Shown: positions 11,661 through 20,000 of the stretch, in pieces
Layout of the letters: each line of letters begins with the position of its first letter
Numbering within the stretch: the first letter of the stretch is position 1
DNA from: Chiloscyllium plagiosum
Lineage: Eukaryota
Direction of reading: 5' to 3'
Assembly (NCBI RefSeq): GCF_004010195.1
Contig: NC_057719.1
Span: 38,535,259-38,555,258 of the forward strand
DNA: 20,000 nucleotides
Program-made: the position numbers and the translations under genes
The notes under the pieces: model-generated
The model's database searches: none
Seen by the model: only the letters and a program-made list of their open reading frames with translations
What the model was told of the DNA's origin: nothing

Positions 11661-13288
11661 GAGTCCATAAGTTTTAAGATACTTATGGATAAGGATAAAA
11701 CTGGTCCTCTAATGAAAGTGTTAAATTTGGGTAAGGCTAATTTCAGCCGTATTAGTCAGGAACTGGAAAAAATTAGATTGGGGGCAGCTGTTTGAGGGTA
11801 AATCCATATCTGGCATGTAGTACTCTTTTAAAGACCAGTTAATATAGTTCAGGGCCAGCATTTTCCTGCGAGGGTGAAAGGTGAGAATGGCAAGATTCAG
11901 GAACCCTGGATAACATGAGATAGTGAAAGTTTAGGCAAAAAAGGAAGCATATGTTAGGTTTATGCAATTGAAATCAGACAAAACCTCTGGGGAATACAAA
12001 GGAAGCAGGAAGGAACTTAAACAAGGAAGTAGAAGGCTAAAAGTAGTCAATGTCCTTGGTAAGTGAGATTAAGGATAATCCCAAGGCATTTTATACATAT
12101 ATTAAGAGCGAGAGAGGGAAAGGGTAGATCCATTCAAAGATAAAGAAAGGAATTTATGCATGGAGCCAGAGAAGTGAGGGAGGTACTTAATGAGTATTTT
12201 GCACTGGTATTCACCATGCTGATTGTGGATGATGGTAAGATTAGGCAGGGGCATGTTGATATTCTACAGCATGTGGATATTAAGGTGGTGCTGGGTGTCT
12301 TAAAAACTATTAAGGTAGATAATTAGCCAGGAGCTGATGGGATTTATCAGAGGACACAGAGTCAAGAGAGGAGACTGCTGGGGCCTTGATGGAGATCTTT
12401 GTATCCTCTTTAGCCACAGATGAGGTCCCAGACGACTGGAGAATAGCCAACATTGTTCATTTGTTTAAGGTGGACAATAGGGATAAGCCAGGAAATTATA
12501 GGCCAGTAAGCTTTACATCAGTGGTAGGGAAATTATTGAAGAAAATTGTTAGTGACAGAATTTACTCATGTTTGGAAAAGAATGGACTTATTAGGAATAG
12601 TCAGCATGGCTTTGTGCCAGGAAGGTCTTGACTCTCAAATTTGATTCAGTTTTTGAGGAAATGACAAAGGTAACTGATCAAGGTAGGGCAGTGGATTTAG
12701 TTTACATGAACCTTAATACAGCATTTGAGAAGATCCCTCGTGGTAGGCTAGTCCAGAAGATTAAGTCACGTGGGACTCATGGAGAGTTAAATTGGATATA
12801 AAATTGGCTTGGTCATACAAGGAAGAGGGTATTTGTGGAGGGGTGTTATTCTGAGTAGAGGTCTGCGGCTAATGACTACTGCTGAGATTTCTGTTATTTG
12901 TAATACAAATAAATGATACAGTTGAAAACGTATGTGACTTGTTTAATTAAGTTTGCAGATGTCATGAAAAGTGGAGGAGTTGTGGATAGTGAGGGAGGTT
13001 GTGAAAAGGATAGAGCAGGATATTGATCAGTTGGAAAGTGTGGCAGAGAAATGGCAGGTGCAGTTTAATCCAGACAAGTGTGAGGTGATGCATTTTGAGA
13101 GGTCAAATGCAAGAGGAAAGTATACAGTAAACGCAGGACCCTTAAGAGCACTGATGCACAGAGGAAACTTGAGCTGCAAGTTCAAAGTTCCCTGAAAGCA
13201 GCAACATAAGTGGACAAGATGGTAAAGAAGGCGTATGACATACTTGCCTACATTGGTCAGGGCACTATGTATAAAAGTTATCAAGTCA
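11661..13288 (+). mobile_element. Decayed CR1 LINE copy A (linker and RT); a probable 3' continuation lies at 14882-15009
   Basis: VPDDWRIANIVHLFK…PGNYRPVSFTSVVGKLL…SQHGF (12386-12631) and DIDQLESVAEKWQVQFNPDKCEVMHF (12971-13195). Many stops and frameshifts. Confidence 0.9.
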
Positions 13289-13675
13289 AGTGCAGCTGGG
13301 CCAATGGACCAAAGAGGGATGTTTCATTTAGATAAATGCTAGGTGTTGCACTTGTAAGACAAAGCAGGGTACGACTTACAAAGTTAAGGTTGCACTCTGG
13401 GGAGTATTGTCAAACACAGACACCTAAGGGTACAGGTACACAATTTCTTCAAAGTGGCAGCACAGATAGACAGATGGGAAAAAATGCCTTCTTTGATCAA
13501 CTATGATGTGAAGGTGCGGCTGTTGGACTGGGGTGGATAAAGTTAAAAATCACACACCACCAGGTTATAGTCCAACAGGTTATTTGGAAGTGCTAGTCAA
13601 GTTCAGTACTCAGGAGGATAGCCTCAACCTGGACTTTGGGTTCATGTCACACTACACGTGATCCCACTATACTAA

Positions 13676-13848
13676 ACACACACACACACACCCCTCTCTC
13701 ATACATACGCTTTCTCTCTCTCACAAACCCCTCCCACTCCTGAGGCAAACACTCGCATACTCTCACGCACTCTCTCACACAAACACACTATTTATCTCTA
13801 TCTCTCTCTCTCTCTCTCTCCCCTCCCCTCACATGCATGCACACACAC
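13676..13848. repeat. Compound (CA)n/(CT)n microsatellite tract in the Penelope 3' UTR
   Basis: (AC)n at about 13676-13691, (TC)n at about 13801-13820 and (CA)n at about 13840-13848. Confidence 0.85.
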
Positions 13849-14256
13849 AAGTCCATGGGTTGACTTTGCATTTGAAGAACTGTAATTGCAGGTACACGCT
13901 ATTTTGTTTAAAAAACACAATCTGCAGGCAGTCAATCCATGTAACATTTTATAAATTCCTACTTTGGAAATAGCACCAGTCTGACTCAAGATTGGGATCC
14001 AGATAGACTCTAACCTCACATCTTTAATGCACTGTCAGATCTGAGATGTCACTTTTTTTGTGAAACCTCAAGTTATCTTGGGAATGTGACTTTAATATGT
14101 AAATCCCAGAAGTACTTTCATGAACCAAAACTTGCAACCCTTTCTAAAAGATGAAAGACTTAATAGCAATCTACGTTTGTTCAATATATTGTATCGGTTG
14201 TACGCATGACATTGATCTGTTGCCATAACTTGTGTCTTATGTTCCTGCTCCACAGC

Positions 14257-14291
14257 TACCTGACGAAGGAGTAGTGCTCTGAAAGCTAGTA
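14257..14291 (+). ncRNA. Minimal type I hammerhead ribozyme motif (PLE-associated)
   Basis: UAC-CUGACGA-A-GGAG UAGUG CUCU-GAAA-GCUA^GUA. The core is intact, stem I is UAC/GUA, stem II is GGAG/CUCU, and palindromic AGCU replaces stem III. Activity untested. Confidence 0.65.
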
Positions 14292-15009
14292 CTTCCAAAT
14301 AAATCTGTTAGACTAGAATTTGGTGTTGAAATTTTTAACACCATTCGTCAGAGCATTGAGTTTAGCAGTTAGGACATCGTGTTGCAGCTGTACAAGACAT
14401 TGGGGAGTCCGCTTTTGGAGTACTACATACAATTCTAGTCATCCAACTATAGGAAGGATGTTGGTAAACTGGAAAGGGTGCAGAAAAGATTTACAAGAAT
14501 GTTACTGAGACTACAGCATTGCAGTTACAAGGAGAGGCTGGACAGGCTTGGACTTTTTCCCCTGGAGCATGGGAGGCTGAGGGGTGATCTTATAGAGATT
14601 TATAAAATCAGAGATAAGGTGAAAAGCCAATCTTTTCCCCAGGGTAGGGGAGTCTAAAGGTAGCAGGCACAGATTTAAGGTGAAATAGGAAAGATTTAAA
14701 AGGGACCTGAGGAGCAACCTTTCCACATAGTTGGTGTATATATGGAAAAGACTGTCAAAAAGGTTTACTGTGATATGGACCAAATGCAGGCAAATACAAC
14801 TAGTTCAGTTTAGGAAACCTGGTCGGCATGGATGAATTGGACCAAAGGGTCGGTTTCTGTGCTGTATGACTCTATGACTCTTTCTCTTGGGGTGGAAGTG
14901 TCAAATACCAGGGGACATAGATTGAAAGTGAGAGGTAAGTTCAAAGGAAATGTGAGAGACAATTTATTTACACAGAGGATGGTGGGTGCCTTGAACACAC
15001 TGTCAGAGG

Positions 15010-15099
15010 ATCCTCAGATGCTGCCTGACCGGCTGTGCTTTTCCAGTACACACTCTTCGACTCTGATCTCCATCATCTGCAGTCCTCACTTTCTCCTAG
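15010..15099 (+). mobile_element. Penelope-like terminal fragment (family A)
   Basis: GATGCTGCCTGACCGGCTGTGCTTTTCCAG…CTCCATCATCTGCAGTCCTCACTTTCTCC closely matches 4972-5050. Confidence 0.7.
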
Positions 15100-15474
15100 T
15101 GTATACATCCTGCCCTGATTTGCCTTTCTAAAATGCCACACCCCACATTTAACTCCATCTGCCACTGCTCAGCCCACTGGCCCATCAGATCAAGATCCTG
15201 TTGTAATCTGAGGTAACCCTCTTCGCTGTCCACTACACCTCCAAATTTGGTATCATCTGTAAACTTACTAACCATACCTCCTATGTTCACATCCAAATTA
15301 TTTACATAAATGATGAAAAGCAGTGGACCCAGCACTAATCCTTGTGGCACATCGCTGGTCACAGGCCTACAGTCTGAAAAACAACCCTCCACCACCACGC
15401 TCTGTCTTCTACCTTTGAGCCAGTTGTTTCCAAATGGCTAGTTCACCCTGTATTCCATGAGATCTAACCTTGCT
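15100..15474 (-). mobile_element. CR1/HER1 RT fragment
   Basis: VPQGLVLGPLLFIIYVNNLD…SKFTDDTKFGG (RT domains containing the F/YADD-like motif). Very similar to 7215-7567. Confidence 0.88.
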
Positions 15475-15523
15475 TTGCAGTCTAGTGAATTGATTAATCA
15501 TGCAAATAGATGTAAACAGGTAT

Positions 15524-15845
15524 ATAGAGTCAGAATTGTATGGTACATCAACAGACCTTTTGATCATTCAACTCGTCCATGCCGACCAGATATCCTAAAT
15601 CAATCTTGTCCCATTTGCCAGCATTTGGCCCATACCCTCCTAAACCCTTCCTTTTCTCTTGCCCATCCAGATCTCTTTTTAAATGCTGTTATTGTACCAA
15701 TCTCCACTACCTCATCTGGCAGCTCATTCCATACATACACACCCTCTGCATGAAAATGTTGCCCCTCTGTACCCTTTTAAATCTTTTCCTTCTCACCTTA
15801 AACCTGTGCCCTCTAATTTTGGACTCTCCTACCCTGGGTAAAAGA
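15524..15845 (-). mobile_element. CR1/HER1 3' end fragment
   Basis: Homologous to 6472-6790 (CTCGTCCATGCCGACCAGATATCC…CTTAAACCTGTGCCCTCTAATTTTGGACTC). Confidence 0.85.
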
Positions 15846-18627
15846 TGTTGGAGTTGTGATTAGAGAGACATGGCTGCCAAATGACCACAAATGGAAACTG
15901 AACATTCAGGCATATGCAGTATTTAGGAAGGACAGGCAAAAAGGAAAAAGCTGTGGAATTGCATTATTGGTTAAAGAGAACATAAATGTAATATTAAAAT
16001 AAAAATCTTAGCACAGATGCAGTAGAATCTTTGTAGGTAGAATAGAGACATGTCAAGGGGCAAAAACCATTGATGGGGAAATATACAGACCACTGTGTGG
16101 TAATGTTGGGAAGCATGTTGAACAGGCAATCAGAGATGCATCCACTAAAGGAGCACTTGTAATTATGGGTGACTTTAATCTAAATATAGATTGGGAGATT
16201 CAAATTAGTTACAACACTTGAGAGAATAAATACCTAGAGTATAAATGGGATGTTTCTCTGGACTATTACGTTGTGAAACCAACTAGAAAACAATCCAGCT
16301 TAGACGGAGTATTATGCAATAAGAAATGCATAACTGGTACTGCAGTTATTAGACCCCCTCAGGGATGAGCAACCATAATATGATAGAATTCTTTATCAAG
16401 GTGGAGAGTGACACAGGTGATCTTGAGACTAGGGTTCTGAATCTTCAGGGAATCCACAATGGTTTGAGGGCTGAATTGGCTATGATTACTACACAAAGTT
16501 ATTGCAAGTGATAACAGGGGATAGGCAATGGCAAACATTCAAAGAACAAATGGATGAATTACAAAAATTGTTTATTCCTGTATGACACAAGAGTGCAAAG
16601 AGAACAGTGACCAAACAATGGCTTACGAGGGAAGTTAAAGATAGTAATAGATGCAAAAACGAAAGAGAGGCATACAAATTGGCAAGAAAAAACAACAGAC
16701 TTGAGAATTAGGAACAGTTTAGCAAAGAAGGACCAAGGGATTGATTAAGAAAGGGGAAATACAGCAACGGAGTAAGCTTGCAGGGAACTCACAAACTGAC
16801 TGTAAAAGTTTCTATAGGTGCGTAAAGAGACCAATATAGGTCCCTTAGAGTCAGAAATGGGAGATATTATATTGGGAAACAAAGAAATGGCTGGTGAACT
16901 AAACTCAAAATAAAACAAAGAACAACAGATGCTACAGATCTGAAACAAAAACAGAAATTGATGGTGCAACTCAGATCTAGCAGCATCTGTTGGGGAGCAA
17001 GTAGAGTTAATGTTTTGAGTCCATCAAAACTGATGAAGGATCTGAAGAGCCAATTTCTGTTTGTGAACTAAATTTGTACTTTGCTTTGTCTTCACAAAGG
17101 AGGACATGAGTAATGCACCAGACCACAGGGTTTAATGGGAGGGAGGAACTGAAGCAAATCTGTATTAGTGAAGAAACATGTTGGGGAAATTGATGGAGTC
17201 AAAGGACAATAACTCCTCAGGCCTGATAACCTACATGTGCAGGAAGTGGCTTCAGAATAGTGGATGCATGGAGGCTAGCTAGCTAAGGAGGGGGGAGAGA
17301 TAATTATACACCATTTGGTAGTGTGGAAAATGCTGGGATGTATTATCAAGAATGTTATATCAAGGCATTTAGAAATCAGATACAGTCAACATGGATTTAC
17401 AAAAGGCCAAACCATGCTTCACGAATCTACTGGAATTCTTCAGAGATTAACCAGAAGAGTTGATGGGGAAGGCCAGTGAATGTTATTTATTTGGACTTTC
17501 AGAAGGCTTTCGACAAGTCCCACATAAGAGATAAATATGTAAAATTAAAGCATATGGGACTGGCAGCAGTGTATTAAGACGGATAGAAAACTGATCAGCA
17601 GATAGGAACAAAGAGGGACTTTCTCTGAATGGCAGGCAGAGAGTAGTAGGGTACTGCTGGGATTGGTCCAAGCTATTTACAATTGATGTTAATGATTTAG
17701 ATGAGGGAAATAAATACAACCTCTCACAATTTGCAGATGAGATGAAGCCGGATGCAAGGGTGAGTTGTGAGGAAGATGCAGAGATGTTGCAATGTGATTT
17801 GGACAGGCTGAGTGAGCGGGCTGCGTGGCAGATGGAGTACAATTAGGATAAATTTGAAGCTATTCACTTTTGGTAGTGCAAATAGGAAGGCAGATTGTTA
17901 TTTGAATGGCTGAAAATTGACAGAGGAGAATGATCAACGAGACTTGGGTGTTCTTGTGCACCAGTCACTGAAAACAAGGTGCAGCAGGCAGTAAAGAAGG
18001 CAAACTAAATATTGATCTTTATATCGAGAGGAGTCGAGCCCAGGAATAAGGATGTCTTCCTGTAATTATAGAGGGCATTAGTGAAGCCACACTTTGAATA
18101 CTGTGTGCAGCTTTGGTCTCCTTACCTGAGAAAGAATGTTTTTGCTGTAAGACAGAGTATAGCAAAGGTATAACAAATTGATTCTTTAGATAGCAAAACT
18201 GATATATGAGGAGCAATCAAGTCAACTAGGACAATATTCAAAGGAATTTAGAAGAATGGGAGGGGGTGTGGTATCTCAAAAATCTATAATATTCCAACAG
18301 GATTAGACAGTTAGATGCAGGAAAGATACACACACTGCTTGGTGAGTCCAAAACCTGGGGTCATAGTTTAAGGATAAACCTTTCAAGCATAACATTTTTG
18401 GACTGAGATGAGAAGAAATTATTTCATCGAGAGAATGGTGAGTCTGGAATTCACTACCACAGAAAGTGGTTGAGGCCAAAACATTTTGTGTTTTACGAGG
18501 AGAATGTGGATGTAGCTCTCATGGCTAAATGGATCAAGGGATGTGGCGGAGGGAAGGATTAGGACAATGAACTTGATCAGCTATAATCATAATGATTGGT
18601 GGAGCAGACTTGAGGGGCCAAATGAGT
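15846..18627 (+). mobile_element. Long decayed CR1 LINE copy (most of ORF2: APE and RT, plus 3' UTR)
   Basis: ETWL…VFRKDRQKGK at about 15868-15950, VIMGDFN at 16159-16179, QHGF at about 17387, YLDFQKAFDK at 17488-17517 and FADE at about 17730. Interrupted at 16904-17062. Confidence 0.9.
16904..17062 (-). mobile_element. Short Penelope-like insertion (family C) with 10-bp target-site duplication
   Basis: GTGAACTAAA occurs at 16894-16903 and 17063-17072. Removing the insert restores CR1 GNKEMAGELNLYFA. The insert resembles the reverse complement of 3262-3360, and AAACAGAAATT and AATTTCTGTTT are inverted copies. Confidence 0.7.
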
Positions 18628-18629
18628 AT

Positions 18630-18950
18630 AGTGCTAGTAAAAGCACAGAAGGTCAGGCAGCATCTGAAGAGTAAGAGGGTCAACATTTCGGGCTTAACTC
18701 TTCATCAGTCCAAAGTGCTTAAAGGCCACAAAGTCATTTTGATAGCCACTGAGAGAAGGCAAGTGCATAAGATGAGCTACGTGGATGAGGGAATAGGGTG
18801 ACATGAGTGGAAAGCGGGTAAAAAGACACAGAACTGGGGTTTGGAGAATGGTTGAGTTTTGATGTTGTGGTTTGGGTCAGGAGGTTGGGCTTCAGGTGAG
18901 TTGCTGATGGGGTTGGGGTGATTCGAGTGGGTGACGATCAAGGCCACTAC
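18630..18950 (-). mobile_element. Degraded Penelope-like 3' segment (family A-like) with hammerhead remnant
   Basis: Minus strand CTGATGA-AGAGTTAAGCCC-GAAA-TGTTGA (18680-18708) followed by CAGATGCTGCCTGACCTTCTGTGCTTTT. The extent beyond 18710 is uncertain. Confidence 0.55.
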
Positions 18951-19402
18951 ATTCCCCTACAATGTAAATCTGTTTCTTTTAATCCTTACCTTTCAAATGT
19001 TTTCCTTTCAGAACTCTTTTAGATTGGCAAAGACATACAATGATATGTCAAAAAAGAGAATATCATTTGTCTAAATATGTTGCTTTAACTGTCAGTTTAA
19101 AAGATGGTCATATTCATTTGGTTCAAAGTGGAAAATAACTGGCAAATCTTTTCAAGTTTGATTTTAGAGTAAAAGTCAGACTCTGACCTAGTATTAACTG
19201 GCAACTGATTTGATAGTGGCAGCTATCAATCATCTGAAACCCCTGTGTCTGAATAAAGCATTGATGACTGTAGCAGGAAGCTAGAAAGTGATTTTTATAA
19301 CACATGGTTGAGGTAGACAGCAGAGTAGAAAACTAGCAAGCAGGATGCCATATGTAGTAATCACCAGATTTCTCCCAGTGCCATGAGTCTAGAACTAGGA
19401 AG

Positions 19403-19513
19403 ATAGAGTCATACAGCATGGAAACAGACCCTTCGGTCCAACTCGTCCATGCCGACCAGATATCCCAACCCAATCTAGTCCCACCTGCCAGCACCCGGCC
19501 CATATCCCTCCAA
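19403..19513 (-). mobile_element. Young-looking CR1/HER1 3' end, interrupted by the Penelope element
   Basis: ATAGAGTCATACAGCATGGAAACAGACCCTTCGGTCCAACTCGTCCATGCCGACC is homologous to 6472-6590 and 15524-15640, with CpGs retained. Confidence 0.85.
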
Positions 19514-20000
19514 GGAGCTTAGAAATCGAGGTTTCGGGCAAAAGCCCTTCATCAGGAATAAAGGCAGTGAGCCTGAAGCATGGAGAGATAAGCTAGAGGA
19601 GGGTGTGAAACAAACTCGCTACCACAGCCACATTTGCTTCCTCAGTGCCTGCCTCCGTAACCAACTCATCCCACTCGGACTCCGGACCACCTTTAAACCA
19701 GCAGAGTTCGGACCTGAACAGGACAAACAGTACAGACTACAGATTCAAAAACACCAGCAACAGTTCTCCTTCAAGATCCTCCGCTCCACGCTTGCAGCAA
19801 TGCGCTGGCACCTAACCTCTCTACAATCAGTCCTGCATCAGCTGAGGGCCACACTCTCTCAGAATTGCAAAGGACCCACTCTATACAACATCCTCAAGAG
19901 AATTCATACTCTCAACAAACAGTATTTCAACTCCATCTCAAACATCAAAAACTGTAAGTACAACAAACATTTATCCACCCACCTCCATAACCAGCGCTCC
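19510..20000 (+). mobile_element. Left end of a young Penelope-like element: inverted terminal segment (19510-19607), then ORF N-terminal region, continuing beyond the window
   Basis: Stop-free frame over 19608-20000 (131 codons): KQTRYHSHICFLSACLRNQLIPLGLRTTF…. The HxxFLxxCxxxxLIPxGL motif is typical of PLE ORF N-termini. It is preceded by an inverted hammerhead-bearing segment. Confidence 0.78.
19521..19560 (-). ncRNA. Minimal type I hammerhead ribozyme motif (PLE-associated), sense to the host pre-mRNA
   Basis: Minus strand UAUUC-CUGAUGA-A-GGGC UUUU GCCC-GAAA-CCUC^GAUUU. The core and 4-bp stem II are perfect, stem I is weak, and the stem III palindrome is altered (ACCU versus ACGU at 4949-4952). 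Confidence 0.6.

Larger units (their letters stand above)
13503..14339 (+). mobile_element. 5'-truncated Penelope-like element (family B) with inverted terminal segment, GIY-YIG C-terminal remnant and hammerhead motif
   Basis: 13542-13596 is an imperfect inverted repeat of 14286-14339. 13599-13661 encodes KFSTQEDSLNLDFGFMSHYT*, resembling the PLE ORF C-terminal GLN motif. The UTR is microsatellite-rich, and a hammerhead core lies at 14257-14291. Confidence 0.8.
13289..14881 (+). mobile_element. 5'-truncated CR1/HER1 copy B nested in copy A and itself interrupted by a Penelope element
   Basis: Restarts at a region already covered by copy A (CAGCTGGGCCAATGG…TTTAGATAAATG). It resumes at about 14341 (LERVQKRFTRML at about 14469-14504) and ends in GCTGTATGACTCTATGACTCT. 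Confidence 0.75.

Noticed and set aside
15524..15950. Opposed CR1 pieces meeting at about 15845 as a single twin-primed inversion
   Set aside because: The minus piece is a 3' end with its own tail type, while the plus copy has a different 3' UTR at about 18530-18627. They look like separate insertions.
18985..19070. Strong minus-strand donor-like site (AAAG|gtaagg) as the missing upstream CDC42BPB exon
   Set aside because: The preceding sequence does not encode the expected DFEIIKVIGRGAFGE-like glycine-rich loop. That exon appears to lie beyond 20000.

Overview
Eukaryotic, AT-rich, repeat-dense intronic DNA, most likely from a cartilaginous fish (shark). This is inferred from HE1/V-SINE-type tRNA SINEs and HER1/CR1-type LINEs. 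The only host gene content is three consecutive minus-strand kinase-domain exons of a CDC42-binding protein kinase, best matching CDC42BPB/MRCK-beta: 10128-10211, 5962-6057 and 5597-5745. All have canonical AG/GT sites and splice in frame, and the flanking exons lie outside the window. The rest is intron filled with decayed CR1-clade LINEs (nested from 11.6 to 18.6 kb), tRNA-derived SINEs, one TA-flanked Tc1/mariner-type MITE, and about seven Penelope-like element (PLE) insertions. The most interesting signals are in the PLEs: minimal hammerhead-ribozyme motifs (CTGANGA...GAAA) from about three families, inverted terminal segments whose junctions fall near the predicted cleavage site, and an uninterrupted PLE-type ORF running off the right end. 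I see no support for a wholly new system. PLE hammerheads are a known class, but these copies and their arrangement are testable.
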